Below, piece by piece: positions 36,366-48,455 of a DNA stretch of 64,000 nucleotides. The notes under the pieces are model-generated. The model had not been told where the DNA came from. It searched no databases and worked only from the letters and a program-made list of their open reading frames with translations. A program made the position numbers and the translations under genes. Source of the stretch: an uncultured Alphaproteobacteria bacterium (lineage in GTDB: Bacteria; Pseudomonadota; Alphaproteobacteria; MPNO01; DASWLB01); the NCBI GenBank assembly GCA_963817535.1, contig CAWFOW010000001.1, positions 28,225 to 92,224 on the forward strand, read 5' to 3'. The stretch's first letter is position 1; every line of letters starts with the position of its first letter.

Positions 36366-37445
36366 ATGACCCTGAAGTTTGGCCTGTTCGATACGTTTTC
36401 TCACCGCGAGGGCGAGATGCGCCGCGCGGCGGAGCTGTACCAGGAGCATCTGGAAGACGCGAGCCGCGCCGACCGGCTGGGGTACGACTATTTCTTCTTC
36501 ATCGAGCACCAGAATGCCGGCTTCCCTTGCGTGACGGCGCCGTCGGTCTATCTCGCCGCGCTCGCCCAGGTGACGAAGCGCATCCGCATCGGCGCGATGG
36601 TGTTCCAGATGCCGCTGCACCATCCGGTGCGGCTTGCCCAGGACACGGCGCTGGTCGACCAGCTCTCGCAAGGGCGGTTCGACTTCGCCATCGGGTACGG
36701 CACGCGGCTCGGCGAATTCACCCCGTGGGACCTGCCGTTCGACGACCGGCGCGAGATGGGCATCGAGTGCATGGAGATCGTCCAGCGTGCCTGGACAGAG
36801 GAGAAGTTCTCCTACGACGGCAGGTTCTGGACATTCAAGGACGCGCTGCCCCAGCCGCTTGCCTACCAGCAGCCGCATCCACCGGTGTGGGTCGGCGGGC
36901 ACAGCCCGCGCTCGTTCGACTACGCCGCGGACAACAACTTCAATGTCGCGCAGAACATCGACGTCGAAAAGCTGATCATCGAGAAGTTCGACTATTTCCG
37001 TGCGGCCTGGAAGAAGCGCAACCATCCGGGGCCGATGCCCAAGCTCATGCTGGTCCGCCACGTCCACGTCGCCGAGACCGACGATCTGGCGCGCGCCGAG
37101 GCCGAGCCCTACATGCTCGAAGGGCTGATCGGGCTCGACGGTGTCAAGCGCGCCAAGTCGCTAATGGCGCAGGAGGCAACGCCCGCCATGCTCGAGACCG
37201 CGCGGGTCTATCTCAAGACCGCCGAGTCCTACGATTTCTGGATCGACGAGGGGCTCGGCTTCGTCGGCAGCCCGGAGACCGTGGCGCGCCAGATTTCCGA
37301 GCAGCAGACGCGCGTCGGTTACGACATCCTGCTCACCCAGCACAATATCGGCAACATGCCGCACGCGCTGGCGCACAAGTCGGTGCGGCTGTTCGGCGAG
37401 AGGGTGCTGCCCGCGTTCGGGACTTCGGAACGCGCCGAGGCGTGA
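36366..37445 (+). CDS. Luciferase-like (LLM) flavin-dependent monooxygenase
   Basis: EHQ, HPVRLAQD, DQLSQGR, QQPHPPVW, VGSPETV. Confidence 0.88.
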   Translation: MTLKFGLFDTFSHREGEMRRAAELYQEHLEDASRADRLGYDYFFFIEHQNAGFPCVTAPSVYLAALAQVTKRIRIGAMVFQMPLHHPVRLAQDTALVDQLSQGRFDFAIGYGTRLGEFTPWDLPFDDRREMGIECMEIVQRAWTEEKFSYDGRFWTFKDALPQPLAYQQPHPPVWVGGHSPRSFDYAADNNFNVAQNIDVEKLIIEKFDYFRAAWKKRNHPGPMPKLMLVRHVHVAETDDLARAEAEPYMLEGLIGLDGVKRAKSLMAQEATPAMLETARVYLKTAESYDFWIDEGLGFVGSPETVARQISEQQTRVGYDILLTQHNIGNMPHALAHKSVRLFGERVLPAFGTSERAEA

Positions 37446-37469
37446 CGGTCGCCCGGGATTCGAATCTTC

Positions 37470-37547
37470 GTCATTGCGAGCGAAGCGAAGCAATCCAGGA
37501 TTTGCATGCGAGCCGGATTGCTTCGGCGCTGCGCGCCTCGCAATGAC
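37470..37547. repeat. REP-like palindromic element
   Basis: GTCATTGCGAG...GAAGCAATCC...GGATTGCTTC...CTCGCAATGAC between convergent genes. Confidence 0.8.
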
Positions 37548-37570
37548 AAGGAAACAGCAGGCCGCTTCCC

Positions 37571-38215
37571 CTACCAGACGGCCCGGGCGGCGCGTTCCTC
37601 GGGCGTGTCGTGGTTGGCGTTCCACGCATAGCCCATCGGGTTGACGTGACCGCATTCGGGGCAGGTGCGGTTCCTTACGTCTGCGTTGTAGTCGCGCACG
37701 GCCTGTTCGGTCGCCTTGAACAGTCCGGCAAGCCCAAGCTCGCCAGTATGGAAATGCCGCTCGAACATCAAGGTCAGGCAGACGTCGCAGTACCAGGCCC
37801 AGCTATCGCCCTCGTTGCCCTTTGGCGTCTGCATGATGACGAGATAATGGCCCAGCGGATCGCCCGGCAGGTTGGGCAGGCCGAGATACAGCTCGTCCAT
37901 GTCGTTGATGTGCCAGAATCCGAAATTGTGTCGCACGCGGTGCGGTGTGCCGCCGGTGGTGACGTGCAGCGACATCGGCCGGTGGTCGATCTCTATGACT
38001 CCCTTCGGGCCGAGCTCGATCATCTTCGAGATGTCGCCCTTCACCGGGTCGATCATCGCATCGGTCGAAAGGTCGCGCCGGCGGATGCCGTAGATGTTCT
38101 GGCCCAGCGGGCGGAAGCGGGTGAACTTGGCGACCACCTTCTCGTCCAGGAAATCCCAGTCGCCGATGATCTTGTCGAGAGGCTCGTCGACGGTGATCTC
38201 GGTCAGCATCGTCAT
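37571..38215 (-). CDS. 3-HAO-like cupin/rubredoxin protein, 'alpha' type, copy 3
   Basis: ATGA overlap with the M24 gene; GGTPH...WHINDMDE; WYCDVC...RTCPECG. Confidence 0.7.
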   Translation of the reverse strand: MTMLTEITVDEPLDKIIGDWDFLDEKVVAKFTRFRPLGQNIYGIRRRDLSTDAMIDPVKGDISKMIELGPKGVIEIDHRPMSLHVTTGGTPHRVRHNFGFWHINDMDELYLGLPNLPGDPLGHYLVIMQTPKGNEGDSWAWYCDVCLTLMFERHFHTGELGLAGLFKATEQAVRDYNADVRNRTCPECGHVNPMGYAWNANHDTPEERAARAVW

Positions 38216-39507
38216 TCTCCCCGGCAGGCGACGACGTCGGTCGGATAGTCGGCGAAGGGCACGGCGGGCGACAGGATCATGCCGATCGGCGCCTTGCCCA
38301 TGCGCTTGCCGCCCGAGGGCGTCACCCGCACCGTGTCGCCCCAGATATACTGGTAGGAATTGTCGGCCGACCAGATGGTCGGCTTCACGATATAGACGCC
38401 GTTCTCGGGAAAGCCCATCGCCAGCGCCCGCTCGGTGCCCTCGTAGTCGGGCTTCGCGTCCGGTGTGGTGAGCAGGAGGGGCCGGTCGTCGCCGAGCCCG
38501 CGCCCGTGGATGATCAGCGACGCGCGTGCGCCGGCGAGCTTGCCTTTCGATTTGCCAATGCGCGTCCCGAGCGCGATGATCTTGTCGATCATCTCGCCGA
38601 CGGTCGCGCCCGGCCTCAGCGTTTCCAGGAGCTCGGGATAGATGTCGGCGTGCGCCTTCGACATCTCCATCAGCATCGGGTCGCAGCGATGCACGGCAAG
38701 CGGCCGGATCTGCTGGGCGCGATAGCCGATCACCGAAGACTCGATCTCCGCCACGATGACGTCGCCTTCGACCAGGCGGCGTGCGGTGGGCCGGGTCAGC
38801 GTGCGTCCGGGGTTTTGTGCCGCCACCCAGTTGTAGTGGACGGAGAGCTCGGAGCCGCGCGCGAACAGCCCGTGCATCGTCTCGGCCCAGACCACGTAGT
38901 CGGGCACGCCGGGCTGCGCGGCGCGTGTCTGCGCCTCGATCGCCCGCTCGACGATGTCGACCGAATCCTGCAGAACGGCGATCTCTTCCTCGCTTTTCAC
39001 CTCGCGCACTTCCTGCAACAGGTCGGAGGCGTCGATGAAGGTGGCGTCGGGCAGCGCGTCGGCGATCGCCTTCAAGGTGCCGCGCATGATCGTGCCTTCG
39101 GGCGTGCGGGTCCCGCCGCCGAGGCCGCAGATCCCGATCCGCTCGCGCTTCAGCCCGAGCTCGAGCAGCCGGTCGGCCATCACGCGTCCGTAGCGGCGCT
39201 TCGCTTCGCGCACGTCCGCCACCCAGCCCTGCACCGACGGCCCCCAGCGTTCGGCGGCGGATGTGGCGACAGCGGTGACGTCGCCTTCCGACGGGAAGAC
39301 GACCGCGATCGACGCGTCCGCGCCGCCCCCGACATGAGAAAGGTATCGCGCGTCGGCCTGCCAGTCGGTCGAGTTGCCCGGGTTCTGCGGTGCGACGATG
39401 GCCGCGATCCCGTCGCGTCGCATCAGTGCGCGCACCTTCCGCCAGCGCCGGTCGCGCTCGGCCAGAGAGAACCGGCGATAGGGATGCGTTGCTGGGGTGA
39501 CATTCAT
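38212..39507 (-). CDS. M24 (creatinase/Xaa-Pro peptidase fold) hydrolase with atypical metal site
   Basis: ERDRRW, REVKSEEEI, HGRGLG, WGDTV. Confidence 0.8.
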   Translation of the reverse strand: MNVTPATHPYRRFSLAERDRRWRKVRALMRRDGIAAIVAPQNPGNSTDWQADARYLSHVGGGADASIAVVFPSEGDVTAVATSAAERWGPSVQGWVADVREAKRRYGRVMADRLLELGLKRERIGICGLGGGTRTPEGTIMRGTLKAIADALPDATFIDASDLLQEVREVKSEEEIAVLQDSVDIVERAIEAQTRAAQPGVPDYVVWAETMHGLFARGSELSVHYNWVAAQNPGRTLTRPTARRLVEGDVIVAEIESSVIGYRAQQIRPLAVHRCDPMLMEMSKAHADIYPELLETLRPGATVGEMIDKIIALGTRIGKSKGKLAGARASLIIHGRGLGDDRPLLLTTPDAKPDYEGTERALAMGFPENGVYIVKPTIWSADNSYQYIWGDTVRVTPSGGKRMGKAPIGMILSPAVPFADYPTDVVACRGE

Positions 39508-39681
39508 GGCGGACCCGTTCCGAAAGGCGCGGCGACGTGGGCGCATGGTTGCGCCTTCCGGCGCGCTGATCAAGCAAATCGCTTGCGCACCACCGCCTCT
39601 ATGATACGCTTAGGTACCGAGGAAATGATCATCACAAGATGTCGCGGCGGTAAAGCTGCGGCGAAAAGCGGGAGGGTTCTC

Positions 39682-40710
39682 ATGCGGAGATTCGGTTTCG
39701 CTGCCGTGGCGGGTTTCGTCACGCTGCTGGCGGCATCGGCGGGCTGGGCCGCCGACATGACGGTGGTCAAGGTCGGCGTTACGGGCCGGCCAGACCAGGC
39801 GCAGCTCGAGATCGCGAAGGCGCGCGGCTACTTCGCGAAGCAGGGCATCGACGCGCAATTCGTGCCGGGCGGCACGAGCGGCCAGGACTACATCTCCTCG
39901 CTTGCCACCGACCAGATCCAGGTCGCCGCCGGCTCGCCCAACGCCGGGATGTTCAACGCCGTCAATCGCGGCATTCCGGTGCGCATCGTGGCGGACTGGG
40001 CGCATCTCGGCGATTCGAACGACGACGCCACGTTCTCGTTCGTGATCCGCAAGGAACTGAAGGATTCTGGCGCTATAAAGACGCCGGCGGACCTCAAGGG
40101 CCAGCATATCGGCGTCGGGCCGCACTATGGCGCCTATAACGAGATGTTCATCTACAAGATGCTGAAGAGCGTCGGGCTGACGATGAAGGACATCGTGCCC
40201 GAGTTCATCGGCTTTCCCGACGGGCTGGCCGCGATGGCCAGCAAGAAGATCGTCGGCACGCTGATGATCGAGCCGCTGGTGCTGATCGCGCACGAGCGCA
40301 AGATCGGCGAACTCTTGATGCCGGCGAGCGCGGTCGATCCCGGCGCGCAGGTGGCCGTCGTGATGTTCTCGCCCAAGTTCGCCGCGAACAAGGACCTCGC
40401 GACGCGCTATTTGGTCGCCTACCTGCAGGGCGTGCGTGACATGCTCGACGCCTACGTCAAGCACAAGGACACCTCTGCGGTCACCGACATCTTGATGAAG
40501 ACCCTGTCGATCAAGAGTTGCCATGTGTGGGAAACGATGGCGCCACACCTCGTCGACCCGAACGGCAAGGTCAACGCCGCCCACATCCGCGAGCAGGCCG
40601 AGTTCTACAAGATGCGCGGCGAGGTGACGGGGCCGGTGCCCGACGTCGACAAGATGGTCGATACCAGCTTCGCCGAGGCCGCGGTGAAGATCCTCGGTAC
40701 CTACAAGTAG
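39682..40710 (+). CDS. ABC transporter substrate-binding protein (NMT1/SsuA/TauA-like), paralog of 34530..35546
   Basis: Shared GRPDQA, GSPNA, NRGI, SAVDPGA, VDTSFAEAAVK. Confidence 0.85.
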   Translation: MRRFGFAAVAGFVTLLAASAGWAADMTVVKVGVTGRPDQAQLEIAKARGYFAKQGIDAQFVPGGTSGQDYISSLATDQIQVAAGSPNAGMFNAVNRGIPVRIVADWAHLGDSNDDATFSFVIRKELKDSGAIKTPADLKGQHIGVGPHYGAYNEMFIYKMLKSVGLTMKDIVPEFIGFPDGLAAMASKKIVGTLMIEPLVLIAHERKIGELLMPASAVDPGAQVAVVMFSPKFAANKDLATRYLVAYLQGVRDMLDAYVKHKDTSAVTDILMKTLSIKSCHVWETMAPHLVDPNGKVNAAHIREQAEFYKMRGEVTGPVPDVDKMVDTSFAEAAVKILGTYK

Positions 40711-40715
40711 CGACG

Positions 40716-41288
40716 ATGCAGAACGCGCCGGTCCTCAACTACGACTTTCCGCTCGCCACGGCGGCGGCGGAGGGAGGCTGGCACCAGGCCAACCGCTACA
40801 GCCTGTGGATCGGCCGCCAGACTCCGGACGAGCCCCCCTACGAGATGGTCGAGCGCCATCCGGAGGGGTTCGTCCGCCTGCCGCTCAAGACCCGGATGAT
40901 GCGCCTCGTTCCGGCGGCAACGCCGTTCCGCATCGCGCACTTGTTCGCACCGTTCCGCGCCTCGGATGCGGACCTGATCTATCTGCGCGCGGCGATGGAC
41001 GAGGGCACCTATCACATGCTGCTGGGTGCGACGGGTCGCGAGGTGCGCGAGGACTTGCTGCTCTGGATCTGTCCCGCCTGCGGAGCCGAGATGGAGCGCA
41101 AGCCGTTCGACAGCGGTCGCCTTGGCCTCAACGCCTTCTGGCCGTTCCTGCTCGACGAGGCGCGGGCCTTCAACGGGGCACCCGAGCGCCAGGCCTGCCC
41201 GTCCTGCGGCGCGACGCACCCCGCCTGCTACGGATTCGACGCGACGCTCGACCGGCCCGGTGAGGCCGAGGCGCGCGCGACCTGGTGA
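40716..41288 (+). CDS. 3-HAO-like cupin/rubredoxin protein, 'beta' type, copy 3
   Basis: APVLNYDF, VPAATPF, WICPAC...CPSCGATHP. Confidence 0.65.
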   Translation: MQNAPVLNYDFPLATAAAEGGWHQANRYSLWIGRQTPDEPPYEMVERHPEGFVRLPLKTRMMRLVPAATPFRIAHLFAPFRASDADLIYLRAAMDEGTYHMLLGATGREVREDLLLWICPACGAEMERKPFDSGRLGLNAFWPFLLDEARAFNGAPERQACPSCGATHPACYGFDATLDRPGEAEARATW

Positions 41289-41295
41289 GGAGCCC

Positions 41296-41607
41296 ATGAG
41301 AGTCGAAACTGTCTGCCGGCTCGACGAGCTGGCGCCGGGCACGGCGCGCCGCGTGATGGTCGGGCAGCGCCCGCTCGCCATCGTCCGCTCGGGCGAGAAC
41401 GTCTATGCCTGCCTCGACAGCTGTCCGCACAAGGGTGGATATCTCAGCGACGGCGTGGTCAGTGTCGCGCGCAACGAGGTGATCTGCCCCTGGCACCGCT
41501 TCCGTTTCCACCTGGAGAGCGGCGCGAGCGTCACCAACCCCGAGCTTGTTGTCCCGACCTATCCGGTTCGGATCGTCGACGGCCAGGTCCAGGTCGAGCT
41601 TCCCTAG
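41296..41607 (+). CDS. Rieske [2Fe-2S] ferredoxin
   Basis: CPHK...CPWH; GAGGAG RBS. Confidence 0.9.
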   Translation: MRVETVCRLDELAPGTARRVMVGQRPLAIVRSGENVYACLDSCPHKGGYLSDGVVSVARNEVICPWHRFRFHLESGASVTNPELVVPTYPVRIVDGQVQVELP

Positions 41608-41649
41608 CGGCGCCCCGCCGGCGCCCAGACCAACAAGATGGAGTGAACG

Positions 41650-42882
41650 ATGAGCGCGGACGCAGAGCGCAACCCCTGGGACCCGTCCTGGTCGAACGCA
41701 GTCTTCACGCTGAAGGAGCGGGACCGGCGCTGGGCCATGGTGCGCAAGCTGATGGCGCGGGACGGGATCGACCTGATCCTGTGCCTGCCCTGCACCAACA
41801 GCCACGACCGCGGTCAGGCCGACTCGCGCTATCTCACCCAGCTCGGCGAGAACAGCGACGAAACGACGGTGGCGTTCCCGATCGAGGGCAACGTGACCGC
41901 GTGGCATTCCCGGCCGGGCGTGTGGCCGTCGTCGAACTGGTTCGCCGACATCCGCGCCTGTGGCCGCGGCACGGGCGGCGCGACGAGCGTCGAATGGATC
42001 AACGAGAACCCGCGCTTTGCCACGGGGACGATCGCGATCGCGGGTCTCGATTCCAGCCCGCTCGCCCATGTTCGCACCACCGAGGGCGAGGTGAACTGGC
42101 AGTCGGTCGACATCCTGAAGCGGGCCTTTCCCAAGGCGCGCTTCGTCAGCGCCACGGGCGTGCTGGGCGAGGCGCGCTGGCGCAAGAGCGGCGAGGAGAT
42201 CGAGTTCCTGCGCAAGGGCACCGAGGTGGCCGAGGTCACGCTCGACGCGGTGCATCGCCATGCCAAGCCGGGCGTGCGCGAGCGGCACGTCTTTGCCCAG
42301 ATCATGTTTGCGAACGCCGATGCCGGGGGAAGCTTCGCTCCGATGATCGGCTGGGCTTCGGGCCCCGACAACGCGGTGCGCCATCGCGTCGAGCAGCCCA
42401 CCTTCCGCAATTTCGAGACGGGCGACATGCTGCTGCTCGAGATCGAGGGTCGCTGGGGCGGCTATATCGCGCAGATCGACCAGACCTTCGCATTCGGCAC
42501 CGTGACCCAGCTGCGCCAGGACGCGATGAAGCTGGCGTTCGAGGCGTTCGACCGCGTGATGGACAGGCTGAAGCCCGGCGTCACCGTGCGCGAGCTGATC
42601 GCGGCGGCGCAGAGCTCCGCGCTGGGCGGGCGGATGACGACCGGGCTCGGCGGGCACGGGCGCGGCACCGGCGACGACGGGCCGCTGCTGGTCGCACGGC
42701 GCCAGGAGGACAGCGCCGTGCTTGACATCGCGATCGAGGAGAATTGCAGCTTCGTGATCAAGCCGTCGGCGCAATATGACGGCGAGGGCGACTATGCGCG
42801 CTGGGGCGACACGGTGGTGGTCACGAAGGACGGCGCGAAGCGGCTCGGCACCCGCCCACAGGAGATGCGCGTCCTCAAGTGA
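41650..42882 (+). CDS. M24 (creatinase/Xaa-Pro peptidase fold) hydrolase with atypical metal site
   Basis: ERDRRW, KSGEEI, HGRGTG, WGDTV. Confidence 0.8.
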   Translation: MSADAERNPWDPSWSNAVFTLKERDRRWAMVRKLMARDGIDLILCLPCTNSHDRGQADSRYLTQLGENSDETTVAFPIEGNVTAWHSRPGVWPSSNWFADIRACGRGTGGATSVEWINENPRFATGTIAIAGLDSSPLAHVRTTEGEVNWQSVDILKRAFPKARFVSATGVLGEARWRKSGEEIEFLRKGTEVAEVTLDAVHRHAKPGVRERHVFAQIMFANADAGGSFAPMIGWASGPDNAVRHRVEQPTFRNFETGDMLLLEIEGRWGGYIAQIDQTFAFGTVTQLRQDAMKLAFEAFDRVMDRLKPGVTVRELIAAAQSSALGGRMTTGLGGHGRGTGDDGPLLVARRQEDSAVLDIAIEENCSFVIKPSAQYDGEGDYARWGDTVVVTKDGAKRLGTRPQEMRVLK

Positions 42883-42924
42883 GGCGTTATGCCCAATTCC
42901 GGTGATCCGGCCTTTTTCCGGGTC

Positions 42925-43012
42925 GTCATCGCGAGGCCGAGAAGCGGCCGTGGCGATCCAGAACATGAATTCTTTGGATTGCCGCGTCGGCCTCCGGCCT
43001 CCTCGCAATGAC
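42925..43012. repeat. REP-like palindromic element, same family as 37470..37547
   Basis: GTCATCGCGAG...GGCGATCCA...TGGATTGCC...CTCGCAATGAC between convergent genes. Confidence 0.75.
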
Positions 43013-43038
43013 AGTCCCTGGGAGTCTTCAACGACCTG

Positions 43039-43848
43039 TCAGCGCACCTTCCACGGGATCAGGGTGCGCTCGAAATAGTTGAGCAGCACCGCGCTGCCGA
43101 AGCCGAGCACGGCCGAGACCAGCAGCCCGACATACATCTTCTCGACCTGGAACACCTGCCAGGAGGTCCAGATCAGGTAGCCGATGCCGCTCTGCGCCCC
43201 GACGAACTCGGCGGCGACGATGACCAGCAGCGCCACCCCCATGCCGAGCTTCAGCCCGGCGAGGATCAGCGGCAGCGCGCCGGGCAGCGCTACGTCGACG
43301 AACATCATCCATCGGCTGGCGCCGTAATTGGTGCCGACGTCGAGATAGATCTTGTCGATGTTGCGCACGCCCGCGACCGTGTTGATCAGCACCAGGTAGA
43401 TCACCGCAATCGCGATGATCGCGTACTTGCTCGCTTCGCCCAGCCCGAAGATCATGATGAACAGCGGCAGGATCGCGATCTTGGGGATCGGGAACGTCGC
43501 GTCGACCAGAGGCTGGATGACCGCGCGGACCGGGCTGAACAGACCCATCGCAAGTCCGATGGCCACCCCCGGGACCGCGCCCAGGGTGAATCCGATGACG
43601 ATGCGCTGAAGGCTGATCTCGAGATGCTTCCACAGCTCGCCCGAAAGCAGCATATCCCAGGCCGTGGCGAAGATCGCCGACGGCGCCGGGAAGAAGCGCG
43701 TGTCGATCCAGCCGAGGATCGCACCTGCTTCCCAGAACAGCAGCAGCACCAGCGGCGAGGCGAAGGAAAGACAGCGCTCGAAGTTGACGCGGGTGAATAA
43801 GCGCGAGGCCGGTTCGGGCACTTCGGCGTCGGCGGCAAGGGTGGTCAT
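43039..43848 (-). CDS. NitT/TauT-family ABC permease
   Basis: FFPAPS, PIPKIA, LPGALP, VAAEF. Confidence 0.9.
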   Translation of the reverse strand: MTTLAADAEVPEPASRLFTRVNFERCLSFASPLVLLLFWEAGAILGWIDTRFFPAPSAIFATAWDMLLSGELWKHLEISLQRIVIGFTLGAVPGVAIGLAMGLFSPVRAVIQPLVDATFPIPKIAILPLFIMIFGLGEASKYAIIAIAVIYLVLINTVAGVRNIDKIYLDVGTNYGASRWMMFVDVALPGALPLILAGLKLGMGVALLVIVAAEFVGAQSGIGYLIWTSWQVFQVEKMYVGLLVSAVLGFGSAVLLNYFERTLIPWKVR

Positions 43849-43858
43849 CGGGTCCTTC

Positions 43859-44743
43859 TCACGCGGGCGGCTGGTCGTGGCGCATGGCAGCGGCGTCCTC
43901 GGCGGCGCGGGCGGCGGCCACCTCGTCGCGCAGCAGGCCCCAGACCCGGCCGAACAGCTCGCCATAGCGGGCGCTCGATTTGACGCTGTCGACATGGCGC
44001 GGCCGCCCGAAGACTGCGCCCACGTCGATGATGTCCTTGATGCGACCAGGCCGCGCCGTCATCACGAGGATGCGGTCGGCGAGCACGATCGCCTCGTCGA
44101 TCGAATGGGTCACGTAGACGACGGTCTTGCGCATCTCTTCCCAGATGCGTACCAGCTCGGCCTGCAGCACCAGCTTGGTCTGCTCGTCGAGGGCGGCGAA
44201 CGGCTCGTCCATCAGCAGGATCTCGGGATCGTTGGCGAAGGCCCGCGCGATCGACACGCGCTGCTTCATGCCCCCCGACAGCTGGTGGGGCAGGGCGTCC
44301 TCGAAGCCCTTGAGACCCACCTTGCGAATGTACTCGGCGGCAATCTCGTGCCGGTCGCGCCGTGAAAAGCCGCGCGCCTTCAGCCCGAACGCGACGTTGT
44401 CGCGCACCGTCTTCCAGGGAAAGATGCTCTGCTCCTGGAACACCATGGAGTTGAGGGGACGGGCCGTGCTGCCCGCGTCGTCGCGGGCGACCTCGATCGT
44501 GCCGGCCGTCTTGGTCTCGAGCCCGGCGAGCACGCGCAGCAACGTCGTCTTGCCGCAGCCCGAGGGCCCCACGATGCAGAAGAATTCCCCCGCACGGATG
44601 TCGAGGTCGATGCCCGCCAAAGCCTCGACCGGCCGTCGGCGCACCTGAAAGCGCTTGGTGACGCCGCGGACCGCGATCTTGGTTGCCGGCTCGTCGATGC
44701 CGGCTTTGGCCGCCGGCTTTCCGCGTAATGCCGTTGTTGTCAC
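43859..44743 (-). CDS. NitT/TauT-family ABC ATPase
   Basis: [23 protein letters not shown]; GTG start after GGGAGG. Confidence 0.9.
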   Translation of the reverse strand: MTTTALRGKPAAKAGIDEPATKIAVRGVTKRFQVRRRPVEALAGIDLDIRAGEFFCIVGPSGCGKTTLLRVLAGLETKTAGTIEVARDDAGSTARPLNSMVFQEQSIFPWKTVRDNVAFGLKARGFSRRDRHEIAAEYIRKVGLKGFEDALPHQLSGGMKQRVSIARAFANDPEILLMDEPFAALDEQTKLVLQAELVRIWEEMRKTVVYVTHSIDEAIVLADRILVMTARPGRIKDIIDVGAVFGRPRHVDSVKSSARYGELFGRVWGLLRDEVAAARAAEDAAAMRHDQPPA

Positions 44744-44888
44744 AATTCCGGCACCTCCCGCCCGCAGTGTGCGTGGCCGGTTCGAACGCGTCAAGAACTG
44801 AGGCGCCGAAGCGTTTTGCACCGGATCGACGGTTTCGGGGCCGGGTGGGGGTTCCTAGCGGGCGGCGATGGAGGTCGACCCTGCCTGT

Positions 44889-44909
44889 CCTCCCCCTTTC
44901 TGGGGGAGG
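44889..44909. repeat. CCTCCCCC-loop-GGGGGAGG intergenic hairpin (short repeat element or terminator)
   Basis: Perfect 8-bp stem downstream of ureG. Confidence 0.45.
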
Positions 44910-44953
44910 GACCCTCGGCATGAATCTTTGTTTCGATCCGAGGGTAACACGCT

Positions 44954-45594
<641 letters not shown>

Positions 45595-45598
<4 letters not shown>

Positions 45599-46281
45599 GA
45601 GCGGAACAGCCTCGTGTACTGGGTTTCGTGGCGGGCGGAGGCGATGTCGAGCATCAGCGCGGCAGAGCCGAGATCGTCGAGCGTGGCGTCGGCCGCTTCG
45701 GCGGCGGTGGCGAGCACCGCGTCCTCCAGGGCGGCGACGGCGATCTGCCCGTCGGTCTGGCCGAGTGGCACCAGCCGCACGCCAGCCGTCACCAGGTTCG
45801 CGCTCGTGGCCTGGAAATAGAGTACGAGCGCGGCGTCGAGCGGTGCGCCGTCGAGCGCAGCCGCCGCGCCGGCGATCACCGCAAGCGTCGGGGCGATCGA
45901 GCGCACGGCCAGGATCGCCGCGATGTTCTCCAGCGCCGGGTTGGGCCAGGCGCGCCGCAAAGTCGAAAGAAACGCCGCGCCCTGCGCGGCGGATTCGAGG
46001 GCGAGCTCCGCGGTGCCGCGCATCGCGGCGGCCAGCGCGGCAATCTCGGCGAATGCGTCCAGGTCGTGCGCCGCGCGGAAGGCGTGGGCGAACAGGATGG
46101 CGTCGCACCGCCCCGCGCCGTAGCGCAAATCGGCGTCGAGCCAGTCGACCAGCGTGGCGCGGTCGCTCACCCGGTCGGCCTCGATGGCCTGCTCGAGCCC
46201 GTGCGAGTAGCTGAACGCCCCGACCGGAAAGGCCGGCGACAGCCAGCTTTGCAGCCGCATCAAACGGCGCAGATCAGTCAT
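45595..46281 (-). CDS. ureF: Urease accessory protein UreF
   Basis: [27 protein letters not shown]. Confidence 0.95.
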
Positions 46282-46738
46282 GATCGTGCGCGTGTTCGTG
46301 CGCGTGCGCGTGATAGGCACCGCCCTCGGGCTGGAAGGGGGCTACGACATGGCGAAGCTTCGCGCCGAGCCCTTCGAGCATCGCCTCGATCACGTGGTCG
46401 GGGCGGATGCGCAGCACGTCGCCCGCGATCTCGGTCGCCAGGTGACGATTGCCCAGATGCCAGGCGAGGCGGGCGAAATGCGTCCGGTCGTCAGCGCGGA
46501 TTTCGACCACGGGCTCGGCGGCGGCGCGCACGCGAAGCCAGCGCCCGTCCTCGAGGTGAAGCCCGTCGCCGTCGGCCATCGCCACGGCCTGGGGCAGGTC
46601 GAGCAGCACCGTCTCGCCCGCGTCGGTGGCAAGGCGAATCCGGCGGCGGTGGCGCGCGTCGAAATCCAGGGTCACGCCGTCGCTGGCCGAGGCGCTCGGC
46701 CAGTCGGTCGCGGGGGCGTGGCGGGTTGCGCGCAGCAT
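46274..46738 (-). CDS. ureE: Urease accessory protein UreE
   Basis: AWHLGNRH, FQPEGGAY, His-rich tail. Confidence 0.95.
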   Translation of the reverse strand: MLRATRHAPATDWPSASASDGVTLDFDARHRRRIRLATDAGETVLLDLPQAVAMADGDGLHLEDGRWLRVRAAAEPVVEIRADDRTHFARLAWHLGNRHLATEIAGDVLRIRPDHVIEAMLEGLGAKLRHVVAPFQPEGGAYHAHAHEHAHDHD

Positions 46739-46745
46739 TGCGATC

Positions 46746-48451
<1,706 letters not shown>

Positions 48452-48455
<4 letters not shown>

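Noticed and set aside
37319-37549. Short ORF MSLRGAQRRSNP..., and ORFs 42792..43031 and 48772..49353
   Set aside because: Translations running through REP-like elements or overlapping real genes.
37571-39577. 668-aa ORF suggesting a large fusion protein
   Set aside because: Only the last ~214 aa are real (alpha copy 3); the rest is an off-frame read of the M24 gene.
38506-39681. N-terminal 392 aa of the 734-aa ORF
   Set aside because: Antisense to the M24 gene; the binding protein starts at ATG 39682 after a GGAGGG RBS.
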